Assembly (NCBI GenBank): GCA_965197425.1 | Contig: CBDANC010000015.1 | Span: 256,001 to 320,000, forward strand | Length of the DNA stretch: 64,000 bases | Direction: 5' to 3' | From: Bdellovibrionales bacterium | Lineage (GTDB): Bacteria; Bdellovibrionota; Bdellovibrionia; Bdellovibrionales; JAUICD01 | Shown here: one piece after another, positions 20,884 through 30,842 of the stretch | How positions within the stretch are numbered: position 1 is the stretch's first letter | Layout of the letters: every line of letters starts with the position of its first letter | Position numbers and translations under genes: made by a program | The notes under the pieces: model-generated | What the model was told of the DNA's origin: nothing | What the model saw: the letters and a program-made list of their open reading frames with translations, nothing else | Database searches by the model: none

Positions 20884-23800
20884 TCAACCGCTTATGACAG
20901 TTATTTTTTTGCCATTTATTGTTAAATTATTTCTGGTTATTGTTTTTTCGATAAGTCTTGGTTCTGATCTGGACAGCTCTACTATTTTTCCGTTAATCCA
21001 ACCTCTGTTATCTCCTTGTGCAAAACCAAGTCTCATATTTTGTAGTCTATTTAACAAATTTCTCATCAGCAAAGAGTTTTTTGCTCTTTGTCTCAAAATA
21101 ATATGTTTGCTTGTAAGTGATTTTTCCAATGCTCTTAGCTCTGCCACTCTTCTAGATGAAGATGCTTGTATTGCTTTATTTATTTCTAATTTAATTATGT
21201 CAGGATGTATTTCAAATGGGTTAATATTATATCGTTCTTTTAATGGTCCTAGTGCTCTTGCATGATTGATAAAACTTCTATGATAAGTATTGTGAAATCT
21301 CTCAATCGTTCTTATTGCTCGAGTTTGTGCAGGAGTTAGTCCTGACATAGCTTTTAATTTTGCTATATTCCAGTCGAACTCTCCTGGGTTAATTCCCAGT
21401 GACTTTAATGCTTCGGTGATCTTTTTTTCTTTTGCTCCAAATATCAGTTTTGAAGTTCTATTTAAAACAGGTTCAAACATTTTTATCCCTGTCAAACCCC
21501 CAATAATTGCTGGTGTAAGTATTAGAGCTATTGCACCAATTGTGGCAACTTGAGCATTGTTTGCAAACCTAGCCATTTCATATTCTTTTTCGCTTAATTC
21601 CAGGGTCATTAAGTCCATTATTTCATTAGAGCCTAGGGTTGAGTAGTATAAGTTTTCTCTGATCTCATGATTTGGTTTTACTTCATTGTTTAGTTGGTTT
21701 CTAGAATACAAAACTTGTATTGCTGTGATAGGTATTAGTGCAATAAAGTGTCCCGTAACCACAGGACCTGCAGACATCCAAAAGGACTCAATAAACGATG
21801 TGAACCCACGTGCACCAGCCTTAGGTAACCATTTAGGTAATGCTCCACTTACCAGGCGTAATATCCATGCATAAAACATAATGTTTGTGGCTCCTAGTAA
21901 GTTTTCCGTCACCTTGCCGAAGGTAGCTTCTGTATTGCCAAGCTCCATGTGTTCATTTAATCTAGCTAGGTGAAAGTCTAGCTGCTCTGGTGCTTGGTTG
22001 TTAAGGGTATTTAGTACGCCTGAGGACTGGACAATTTTTATTGTGTTGTCTATGTCACTTTCTTGTATCAGTTTATTTAGCTCTTCTTCTGCCATTGCTT
22101 CTTGCAAAATCATTGCTGGGTTTACAACATTTTTAACATCGTCTATACAAGCTTCCCAATGAGGAGTTTCGTCGGTACACAATTCATAAATAATTTCGTA
22201 AATATTTTTGTTTTCGTCTGGAGAGAATTTTTTATCAAGAAGCCTTGTTTCGTTTAGTTCTCTGGTTCTATATATCTGTTGATATCTATTTTCATACCAC
22301 TGAGAGTTGTTTATAGTGAATCTGTTTTTAAGGTAACTAAATGGGTTGGGAGCTATTCCTCCTCTATCTGGATCAGGTAAATTTGATAATATACCCCTTA
22401 AACCAGGTTCGTTAGTTTCTTCTTGTGTGAGATAAAAACCCATGTTGTACCCTAGCTGTGACAATTCTCTAAGTGCTATTGTAGCTCTAGTTTTGCCAGC
22501 TTGTTCAAACACATTATCATCTGTATTTTCAGTATCTATGGCTAATATTTGGTTAACTCTATCTACACCAAGTTGTTCTTCGTTGTTTGATTTTAAAGTA
22601 TCGCTATCGGCTAACACTTCTGAAGCTAAGCTTTGAATGACTTGATGAAATGTTTGTTTTGCATCGTTATATGAATCGGATTGTTCTAAAATAAAATCCA
22701 TCCATCCTTGTGTATATGTGTCTATCTGTAAGTTTTTTTGAAAACCGATTGTTTCATATAGTATATCTGCGTCTATGGGAGTGTTTTCGTCTAGTAGCCA
22801 TAATAGGTCATAGAGATCTTGTGATATTTCCATGAGCTCATGAACAAACTCTAAATTTTGTTGTTCATAAAGCAAGTCTGCCTTTTGTCTTATCTTTGAA
22901 ATCCACGATGTTAATAAATCGGAGTTGTAGAGTTCAACTATTAGATCTAGTTTTCTAGATTCGAGTTGTAGTTGTACGAACCCGCTATTCCCAAAAATTG
23001 AATTGTGCTCTGTCTGTGTTAACCTAGGTATTTCAAATGATTCGCCCGTAGAGGAATCTATAAACTCTGATTGAAACATATCTTCAAAGGGCATAAGTTG
23101 TGCATATTGTGTGTTCGATTTGGCACTTGCGAATATATCTACAAGTGCAGCTTTTAGGGATTCATTTTCTAAACATGTATTTAGCGAAGGGCAGCTAAGT
23201 TTAGATGGCCAAGATTGTATTTGGTGTTCTACAAATGTGCTGAATTCTGAAAACTCAGCAATTTGTAGTGACAAATCTGTAACTTGGTATTCTAGTTTAG
23301 GAATGTTTAGTTGATTGAACGCACTTATATATGAATCATTTGCAATTATCAGATCTTGCCACTCACTATTAACAGTGGCATCAATAAATTGGTTTAGGGT
23401 AAGATCATTATATAATGCATATTCTGTAACATTGCTAACCGGAACCTTAAACATAATTTCAGTTATAGCCTCATATACTGCTCGTCTAAAAATATTTTCT
23501 CTTTCTTCTTCAAGGGTTTTTTGCCAGATTTCTGGGAACATGGTAGTAGTTTCATAATCACTTTGTTCAAGTGATGCCATGGTTGGGATTTTAGGATTTT
23601 CAATACCCCTTAGTCTTTGTGAATTTAAAATACTGTTAAAGTATAGTTGTATTATGGGATACCGTACTAGTTTAGAAAAAGATTGGTCAGTATCCTGTGA
23701 TGTTTCTACTGCAATTTTATAACCTGCTAAAATAGAAGGATTTACCTTTAAAATAATATTTTCGTTGGCTTCTTCTATTATGGTCAAGCCAGATTCATTA

Positions 23801-24294
23801 GACGAACTAAAACTATCTTTTAGATTTGATCCTGACATTTCATTGAAGATGCCCGTAGGTATAGTTAAGTTGTATCGATTTATGTTTAGGTTATCTATTC
23901 TTAATCCAGAGTAAATTTTAGAAATCAGTATCTCCAACGCAACAGCATGGGTTTTTGCAATTAACAATACTTTATTTGTAACCATAGAGCTGTAGTCTTC
24001 ATGTGCTAATAATTCGTATTGTGATGTGGATAGATAGGTGTTTACTTCATCTCTTACTTCTTCAAATTGCATATCTATATTTTGGAATTCTTCAGTGGTA
24101 GGTATGCCACCTGATACACCTGGAACATCTGGTGCAAATGATCTTGTGTAAACATCGTAAGAAAGTGCTTGTAGCCCTTCTATCTTTTGATATAGAGCTC
24201 TTGTGTGATTGAATTGCTCTTCTATTTCTTGAGCTAGTACTGTACCATTTAAAAACAGAGAACACAAAACGCCAATTAAACTAAGCCTTGCCAA
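20884..24294 (-). CDS. Large hypothetical exported protein with three late hydrophobic segments
   Basis: 1136-aa ORF; SD GGAGG; signal peptide ...TVLA|QE; acidic body, basic C-terminal region after the hydrophobic segments. Confidence 0.85.
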   Translation of the reverse strand: MARLSLIGVLCSLFLNGTVLAQEIEEQFNHTRALYQKIEGLQALSYDVYTRSFAPDVPGVSGGIPTTEEFQNIDMQFEEVRDEVNTYLSTSQYELLAHEDYSSMVTNKVLLIAKTHAVALEILISKIYSGLRIDNLNINRYNLTIPTGIFNEMSGSNLKDSFSSSNESGLTIIEEANENIILKVNPSILAGYKIAVETSQDTDQSFSKLVRYPIIQLYFNSILNSQRLRGIENPKIPTMASLEQSDYETTTMFPEIWQKTLEEERENIFRRAVYEAITEIMFKVPVSNVTEYALYNDLTLNQFIDATVNSEWQDLIIANDSYISAFNQLNIPKLEYQVTDLSLQIAEFSEFSTFVEHQIQSWPSKLSCPSLNTCLENESLKAALVDIFASAKSNTQYAQLMPFEDMFQSEFIDSSTGESFEIPRLTQTEHNSIFGNSGFVQLQLESRKLDLIVELYNSDLLTSWISKIRQKADLLYEQQNLEFVHELMEISQDLYDLLWLLDENTPIDADILYETIGFQKNLQIDTYTQGWMDFILEQSDSYNDAKQTFHQVIQSLASEVLADSDTLKSNNEEQLGVDRVNQILAIDTENTDDNVFEQAGKTRATIALRELSQLGYNMGFYLTQEETNEPGLRGILSNLPDPDRGGIAPNPFSYLKNRFTINNSQWYENRYQQIYRTRELNETRLLDKKFSPDENKNIYEIIYELCTDETPHWEACIDDVKNVVNPAMILQEAMAEEELNKLIQESDIDNTIKIVQSSGVLNTLNNQAPEQLDFHLARLNEHMELGNTEATFGKVTENLLGATNIMFYAWILRLVSGALPKWLPKAGARGFTSFIESFWMSAGPVVTGHFIALIPITAIQVLYSRNQLNNEVKPNHEIRENLYYSTLGSNEIMDLMTLELSEKEYEMARFANNAQVATIGAIALILTPAIIGGLTGIKMFEPVLNRTSKLIFGAKEKKITEALKSLGINPGEFDWNIAKLKAMSGLTPAQTRAIRTIERFHNTYHRSFINHARALGPLKERYNINPFEIHPDIIKLEINKAIQASSSRRVAELRALEKSLTSKHIILRQRAKNSLLMRNLLNRLQNMRLGFAQGDNRGWINGKIVELSRSEPRLIEKTITRNNLTINGKKITVISG

Positions 24295-24314
24295 CGTGTT
24301 GTACCTCCGTTGTC

Positions 24315-24342
24315 TTTTCGGTTTTTGTATATCCTTGCTTTA
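24315..24342 (-). promoter_or_regulatory. Sigma28/FliA-like promoter motif TAAA-N16-ACCGAAAA
   Basis: Read directly upstream of the 24294 gene; same spacing recurs before other genes. Confidence 0.55.
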
Positions 24343-24768
24343 AAATCAAAACCTGATCTGGGCAGATAAGTATTTACCCTACCTCTTACTTTTTGAAGCT
24401 GCGCCAGCTGCGTTTATTTCGTGCTTTCTATATGTTTTGTGTTTTGGAATTTACTCAGTAAGTAGGTGCTTTGTACTTTATACCTGGCATCGGGTTTAAA
24501 CAACCAAAGAAGTGGTTTATGAAAAAATTTCTTTAGTTTGGATATTTGATTATGTTTGAAAATTATTCATTTAGTATTCAAACTGTGGATCAAAAATGTC
24601 AAAATACTTGATCTAATTTGAGTTCTAATGTACATTTGCCACATCTTTTGGAGTCAATATTCTATTAATAGTTTGCAGATATCTAGTTGTCATGCGGTAG
24701 TTTGTTAGTAGATATTAATCAATAATCATTAACAACCCTTGAGAGGGTCTAATCAAGAGAGGTTTTAG

Positions 24769-25626
24769 ATGAAGAGGTTCAATTCTTTTTTATTTGTCGC
24801 GGTTTTATTTGCGACTTCTAGTGTATTTGCACAAGGTGTGCAAGTTATAAGAGCATTTAATACAGCCATAGGAGCATCAAATTCTGCTAGAATTACTCAT
24901 AGTGCTGCAGCAAGATCTCTGATTACTCAGGCAACTTCTGCTAGAATAGCAGGCGTTAGTTTGTCTGCCCTTAGTTCAGTTAATGCTTTCGAATCAGCTA
25001 TAACCAGTATATTAAACAGTAACGATGCCAATTTGAAACAGCAGGCTAATAATTTTCTTGTGGCCGTAGCGTCGGCAACTACTAAGATTGGAGAAGAATC
25101 AGCTAGAGCAGTCATTAACAACCACTTAAATGTTTCTGCTCTTGGACTTAGTGATGCTGCTCAGAAAGGTTCGTTACAGGTCGGATCTGCGAGAGCAAGT
25201 GTAACAACTTCTTTAAGTCAGCATGCAACTGATAAAGCTCTTAAGGAGATAGAGGAGTTTGCAAAAGCTGTAGTTCAGAGAAAAGATAGAACAGAAGACT
25301 CTAAGCTTACAGCTAAGTTGGATGAAGCTACTTCTGAGTTGAAAGATGCTGTGAACAAATCTGGTCTTGTTCTTCTAGGTGAAGGGGTAGAACATTGTGT
25401 AACATCTTGGGCCCCTGAGTTTAACATTCAGGTTGCCAATTTAATTGCTATTTTAGCTCATACTGACGATGCATCTACTTACAGAGAAGCGTACTCCAAC
25501 CTATCGTCTGGGGCAAAGAGTATACTTGGTGTTACCGATGACAAAGAAATAAACGAAAGGTTTAATGCTTTGTCAAAACCTGATGGTTGTCGTGCGATAT
25601 CTCCTGCTGTGACTGCTGCTGCTTAA
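24769..25626 (+). CDS. Hypothetical Ala/Ser-rich exported protein
   Basis: 285-aa ORF; SD GAGG; signal peptide ...SSVFA|Q; one Cys pair. Confidence 0.85.
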   Translation: MKRFNSFLFVAVLFATSSVFAQGVQVIRAFNTAIGASNSARITHSAAARSLITQATSARIAGVSLSALSSVNAFESAITSILNSNDANLKQQANNFLVAVASATTKIGEESARAVINNHLNVSALGLSDAAQKGSLQVGSARASVTTSLSQHATDKALKEIEEFAKAVVQRKDRTEDSKLTAKLDEATSELKDAVNKSGLVLLGEGVEHCVTSWAPEFNIQVANLIAILAHTDDASTYREAYSNLSSGAKSILGVTDDKEINERFNALSKPDGCRAISPAVTAAA

Positions 25627-25661
25627 GATTTATCTTTAAAAGTACATACATATAGGAAAAC

Positions 25662-25694
25662 AAAAAGAAGGCATAATTCTATGCCTTCTTTTTT
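25662..25694 (+). terminator. Intrinsic terminator (possibly bidirectional)
   Basis: AAAAAGAAGGCATA-attc-TATGCCTTCTTTTTT perfect stem with U-tract. Confidence 0.9.
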
Positions 25695-25773
25695 AACAGA
25701 TTCTTTTTTAAGTTAAAGAAAGTTGCTCTTTTTCTATTTATTGATGTTTCATAAAATCCGATGAGTCTAGGTC

Positions 25774-28700
25774 ATGGTTTTGAAATCGCTAGTATTTTTA
25801 ATTTCGTTTTCTCTTTCGAGTTCTCATGCCAGTGCGCTTAGTTTTGTAGGTCCTGATACAATAAAGGCACCAGCTGATTACAAGATGGAAAAGGAAATCC
25901 TTGTTTCGGGTGATTCGGGTTTAGAAGCGCGGGTAAATGAGGAAGGTATCACTATTACAATGGATACCAAAGATGAAGTTGTAGAAGCTAAAATTGAAAA
26001 GACAAATAACAGAGGTTTAGAGTCTGCAAGCCCTAGGCGCATAAGACAAGTGTTAAGTCGTGTTGGTAGTACAGGATACAGCTTAGGTAGATATGCAGTA
26101 TTACAATACCCAGCAGAGGCACTAGGTTTTTACCTCGCATTAACCGCAATGTCTGTCTGGGAGTGTATGGTTAATGTAAATATAAGACCTTTGTCAGGTG
26201 TACCTTTAAACCTGACTACCTCCGAAAATCCTATGGCATGTACAGAACTTATGCAATCCTTGAAGGATCCAGTAACCCATGTTTCTTTTGCCATATTTAT
26301 ACAAACAAATAAACACACAGCAAGTCTGTTGAGCCGCTATCACGATAGCTTTAAAGCTAGGCATCGTAGAAGCTATATTCCTGCTAGTATGGCAAAATAT
26401 TTAGGGCTTGCTGCCGGTAGTTTGGTATCCACACTTGCCAGTGAGTTTATGACGGATCCTAATATCAGATATATTGCTGCTAACTTTTTTAGAGATAAAA
26501 ATCCTATCGAACAACGAAGATTTGATCAAGCTATGGATAATGCTTACAACAAGTGGATCAGTTCAAATATGACCGTGTATGGTCATCATGTTGTATCTTT
26601 ACTAGCTTCTGCTGTTACTGCTTCACTAGTAACTAGTATGGGGACTAAAATTTTTAGATCCCTACAATCTGTCTATGGAAGATCGGGCAAAAAAGGAAAA
26701 CTTGGTGCAGATGATGTACCGGTTCCCGAGGAACAAGTATTACGCTACGGCCAAAAAATTGTTAAAAGATTTAAGTTTCCCTATTTGAAATTTTCTGTCA
26801 TGGCTCTTTCTAGAGTTGGCGGAACTGCAGTGCTAGCTTTTGAAGTTGCCTCACTTCTACATTTCTTTTTCTGGGAACATACCGTCTATGGACCATTTAC
26901 TAAAAAACTATTAATGCAGGAAGAATCAAGCGCTGAGCTAAAATTTTACCAAAGTGAAATTATAAAATATCTTGCTTATGCAAATAAAAAGGAAGACAGT
27001 TTTTATTTACAAGCTAAAACCCCAGTAAGAGATTTTGTGTATGACAATTTACACACAAGAGAAAAGATAGATGTTAGGAACAGCTACCTACAGTCCAATA
27101 GCGAGGTATGTGGGTATAGCCTTTCAGAGGGTGAAAACAGAGCAGATTTTAATACAAAATCTGAAGAGCTAATAAACAAAAGCATATTATCATCAGGTTA
27201 CCAGTATACCAAGGAACTTTGTCCTTCATTGGTTCAATTACCTAATTTACTAAACAGAGATTTTACAAAAAATTTGAATAAAGTAGTTGATGTTACTCGG
27301 ACAGTTCCAAATCCAAAAACAACCCTTCAAATGGTATACGATAACGGTCACGGAATTAACCCTGACGGCATTGGAGTTCGGGTAATTCCGGGTCCGGACA
27401 TAAGTATTCAAGAGATACTCTTAGATAACATATTTAAGCATCAAGAGGTGTTGGTTAATTACTATGGGGCAATTGGAGAAAGGGTAAGACATTTATATGA
27501 ATCATGGCGCACATTTTTTGAGCCCTATGAGCTTAATGTTCACACTGTTACAAGCTTTTATTATTCTATAATAAAACACAAAGGTCAGAATCTATTTCCA
27601 GAGGGTTTTGATTACTGGAAGAGTAAGGGGGTTATGGACTCTATGTTCTACAATGTTAGACCTCTCGAAAATGCAGTACAACAAACCTCTAGCAGATTGA
27701 CCTGGGAAAATTATTTGGCACGCCTAGGAGTTGATAGCAAAGCGATAGTAAAGTTTTCCAATAACCAACTAAGGCCAATACACAGAATGCTATTAAGTAT
27801 GAGAACACTATTTGGTAATAACCCAAGTGAGGAAAGGAAGGCAGCTATAGAGTTTTTAAATAATGGGTTTAGTCCTACTCATTTAGGAAGATTCAAGAAG
27901 TACGACTATCAGGTAAGAAACTATGCCATAAATAAAGGTTTAAAGCTAGAAGTAGTAGATAAGCTAGATACCAATGCAATTCAAAAGACAATTGATCACT
28001 TGGAAGGTTTGGATCCTTGGGATGTGCCAACTTATATATATGCTCTAAACACTGGTAGGTTTAAATTGAATGATTTAAAAAACACGTCAATAGAAAGCCT
28101 CACACAGAGTTTGGGGGGCAGACAAGCTATTTTACTTTCCATATCTCAAGATCAAATCAGGTACTTGAGTGGGGAAACCATACCACTGGTAGATCCATCT
28201 ATGCGTTTTGAAATAACATCATCTATCCACAGTGAAACATCAGAAACAGGTACAATTAAAGATGGCATTGTTTATAAAAACAATTTGGAAGAAATTTTGA
28301 TTCACATGACCTGCGGAAAAGCCCCAAATGAGATGAGCAACCTTTTATCACAAGAGGCTGGTCAAAATAGAATGGCTAGAAGGAGGAATATACTGGGGCC
28401 ACTTACTCTTACGCCTCCTAGATTATTAAGGAAAAATGAAGATATATGTTCTTATAGAAAGCCAGGATACTGGTATAATCGTATACACAACGAATTTTTC
28501 GATAAAACTCGAAGAAAAATGTATGCAAATTTGCTAGATTATGCTATACAGAATGTACACCTTACGGAGCCAGAATTCATAGACTGGTGGTCTGGTATTC
28601 AAGGCAGAAACGATATTGAATACAAGAGGTATTTCGAAAAATATAGAGAATCTGTCCAAGCTCATATAACTAGTGCTTTCTACACTGATTCATACGATAG

Positions 28701-29253
28701 GTTTACTGGTGGCTTGGTAGGAGCGGTATTAAATTTAATTAAAGATAGTAAAACAGACACGTCTATAAAATCACTAAGCTTTGCAAATGGAATAAAAAAC
28801 TTATCTGATGATTATGTAGATTACTATCTTAGAATATTGGCGTTAATTACTCCAAGAGATAAAGAGTTTTTAGAAAGGATGTATGGATTTATTGATGCAA
28901 TTAGAGAGCTTACAATAAACTCTGAAAATTATGATGGAGAAATTAGATGGCGGTTTTCTAGTTTGGAAGAATATATAAAGGATGAAAAAATAAATAATGA
29001 AGGTTGGCACCAGTCGTATTTTGAAGATATGTCCGATATTGATTGGTATAAATTAGTGGTTAGTGAGTTACTGAAGAATATGAGTTTTGAATTTGAAAAT
29101 CAACTAGCTTTAAGAAAAACAGACTTAAACATTGAGGAAGACAATGCTGTGGCATTAGGTCAAATTGCAGACAATATTCTTAATAATATAGATGAGATTA
29201 TACAGCAAAAAGTTACATTTTCTTTGATGACACAGGTATTGCAGACAAGATAG
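25774..29253 (+). CDS. Large hypothetical exported protein
   Basis: 1159-aa ORF; signal peptide ...SHASA|; several hydrophobic segments in the N-terminal third. Confidence 0.85.
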   Translation: MVLKSLVFLISFSLSSSHASALSFVGPDTIKAPADYKMEKEILVSGDSGLEARVNEEGITITMDTKDEVVEAKIEKTNNRGLESASPRRIRQVLSRVGSTGYSLGRYAVLQYPAEALGFYLALTAMSVWECMVNVNIRPLSGVPLNLTTSENPMACTELMQSLKDPVTHVSFAIFIQTNKHTASLLSRYHDSFKARHRRSYIPASMAKYLGLAAGSLVSTLASEFMTDPNIRYIAANFFRDKNPIEQRRFDQAMDNAYNKWISSNMTVYGHHVVSLLASAVTASLVTSMGTKIFRSLQSVYGRSGKKGKLGADDVPVPEEQVLRYGQKIVKRFKFPYLKFSVMALSRVGGTAVLAFEVASLLHFFFWEHTVYGPFTKKLLMQEESSAELKFYQSEIIKYLAYANKKEDSFYLQAKTPVRDFVYDNLHTREKIDVRNSYLQSNSEVCGYSLSEGENRADFNTKSEELINKSILSSGYQYTKELCPSLVQLPNLLNRDFTKNLNKVVDVTRTVPNPKTTLQMVYDNGHGINPDGIGVRVIPGPDISIQEILLDNIFKHQEVLVNYYGAIGERVRHLYESWRTFFEPYELNVHTVTSFYYSIIKHKGQNLFPEGFDYWKSKGVMDSMFYNVRPLENAVQQTSSRLTWENYLARLGVDSKAIVKFSNNQLRPIHRMLLSMRTLFGNNPSEERKAAIEFLNNGFSPTHLGRFKKYDYQVRNYAINKGLKLEVVDKLDTNAIQKTIDHLEGLDPWDVPTYIYALNTGRFKLNDLKNTSIESLTQSLGGRQAILLSISQDQIRYLSGETIPLVDPSMRFEITSSIHSETSETGTIKDGIVYKNNLEEILIHMTCGKAPNEMSNLLSQEAGQNRMARRRNILGPLTLTPPRLLRKNEDICSYRKPGYWYNRIHNEFFDKTRRKMYANLLDYAIQNVHLTEPEFIDWWSGIQGRNDIEYKRYFEKYRESVQAHITSAFYTDSYDRFTGGLVGAVLNLIKDSKTDTSIKSLSFANGIKNLSDDYVDYYLRILALITPRDKEFLERMYGFIDAIRELTINSENYDGEIRWRFSSLEEYIKDEKINNEGWHQSYFEDMSDIDWYKLVVSELLKNMSFEFENQLALRKTDLNIEEDNAVALGQIADNILNNIDEIIQQKVTFSLMTQVLQTR

Positions 29254-29263
29254 GAGGATTTAT

Positions 29264-29932
29264 ATGAAATATTCTTTACATATCATGATTGTATTCATTT
29301 TCGTTGGGTTCAGTGAAACTGTTCAGGCTCAAAGGGGCGGTAGAGCCATGTACAGACCATCTAGTGTGAACATGGATGCTCCAAGAACTCATATGAATAC
29401 TTTAAATACGCTCAAAAGGTCAAGACGATCTATATGGGAAATGGCTTCTAAAAGAAGTAATGGCAATGGTACTAGAGCAACAAGTACTGACATAGTAGCA
29501 AGTGAATCTCTTGTTAAAGAATTTAAGGATAGATTTGGCTTAAAAGATATGGATCCTAATGTTAGTGCTACTTTAACTAATACGCTTGCTACGAATAGAG
29601 AAGCGAGAGCATTCATGAGCACGCTTAAATCCAGATCAATCGAGTTGTCCAAAAGAGACAGGCAGATAACTCGTGAAGAGTTTGTTTTAAGAAAACAACT
29701 TGTTGAGGCGGTAGCATTGAGTGGATCATATATGAGTACTTTTTTGAAAGACTCAATTTACAGGTTTGGTACTGCTAATCCAAATATTGTATCATTTAGA
29801 TCTAGAATTCTGTCAGAAGCAATGGACAGAATGCAGATAGTATCCCCAGAAATTACAAATTTTTCTCGTGTGTTAAATCAGGTATTAACCAGAAATGGTA
29901 TAGGTAGATCCGAAAGAAGACAGTGTATGTAG
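29264..29932 (+). CDS. Hypothetical basic exported protein
   Basis: 222-aa ORF; SD AGGAGG; signal peptide ...TVQA|QR. Confidence 0.82.
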   Translation: MKYSLHIMIVFIFVGFSETVQAQRGGRAMYRPSSVNMDAPRTHMNTLNTLKRSRRSIWEMASKRSNGNGTRATSTDIVASESLVKEFKDRFGLKDMDPNVSATLTNTLATNREARAFMSTLKSRSIELSKRDRQITREEFVLRKQLVEAVALSGSYMSTFLKDSIYRFGTANPNIVSFRSRILSEAMDRMQIVSPEITNFSRVLNQVLTRNGIGRSERRQCM

Positions 29933-29951
29933 TATTCTGGCACTCAGGCAA

Positions 29952-30059
29952 TAGAAGACTTTTAGCACCTGGAGTTGTATTACACCTTACAAAGCTGGGC
30001 AACTCGTTAGGCCAAAAGGCAAACAAGTTCACCTTATTGTCCTAGCTTAGAAGACCTTT
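29952..30059 (-). repeat. Diverged copy of dispersed palindromic intergenic repeat
   Basis: Collinear with the reverse complement of 62891-63001 (tagaagac.ttt...tacaaagctgggcaac...aacaagt.cac...gaagaccttt). Confidence 0.8.
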
Positions 30060-30062
30060 GTA

Positions 30063-30830
30063 TTAGAAACTATCCTTTAGCTTTCTTAATGCCGTAAACT
30101 TTTCTAGCGCAGATAACTTAGTATCAATTCCATTAAAATCATCCAAATCACATCTTAGAAATGGATTGATTAACTTTTCAAGTTTCATAGCAGTAGGTGT
30201 TGTTGGAAGATTTTGTTTTCTAAGAAAGTCTACTTGTGCTTTGTGTTCTAACAGGTTTTTGGTAGACTTCATAACAGTCATGGCAAAGTCTATATTTTTT
30301 TGTGTGTATTCATGAGCAAAGTATATTTTAGTATCATCTGGTAATTCTCTTAGTTTTGTTAAGCTCTTCCACATTTGTTCATAGGTACAATCAGGTGCTA
30401 CTCTTCCACATCCGACAGAAAAGATACAATCTGCTGTAAATAATATTCCCAAACCTGGAAAATAGTAGTTAACCATACCAACGGTGTGTCCCGGAACATG
30501 AATAACTTCTACATCCAAGCCGTTCAGCTTTAGCTTATCACCTTCTAAGACTTCTTTTTTTATTCCATGTATTTTGTTTTTTTCATATTTGGGCCCAATA
30601 ATTGTTGGGTTGAGTTTTGCTTCAAGCTCTTTGTTTCCTGCAACATGATCATAGTGATAATGTGTGTTCAGTACATATTTAATCTGGCACTTGTGCTTGC
30701 CTGCAAATTCTAGCATCAAGGGAGCTTCAGGGACATCAATGGCGATGCCCCCGTACAGATTATCTTTTAAGCCGTATCTTAGCAAAAAAGAATAGTTGTC
30801 TTCAAGACATGGAAGTATCAGAACATCCAC
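30063..30830 (-). CDS. gloB: Hydroxyacylglutathione hydrolase (glyoxalase II)
   Basis: DNYSFL, THYHYDHVAG, PGHT, FSVGCGR, AHEYT, NPFLR. Confidence 0.95.
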   Translation of the reverse strand: MDVLILPCLEDNYSFLLRYGLKDNLYGGIAIDVPEAPLMLEFAGKHKCQIKYVLNTHYHYDHVAGNKELEAKLNPTIIGPKYEKNKIHGIKKEVLEGDKLKLNGLDVEVIHVPGHTVGMVNYYFPGLGILFTADCIFSVGCGRVAPDCTYEQMWKSLTKLRELPDDTKIYFAHEYTQKNIDFAMTVMKSTKNLLEHKAQVDFLRKQNLPTTPTAMKLEKLINPFLRCDLDDFNGIDTKLSALEKFTALRKLKDSF

Positions 30831-30842
30831 AAAAAGCCTTGA

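Noticed and set aside
24295..24768. ncRNA, riboswitch or sigma-54 promoter in the 474-bp divergent gap
   Set aside because: No recognisable RNA motif, and the TGGC sites inspected lack the GG-N10-GC spacing
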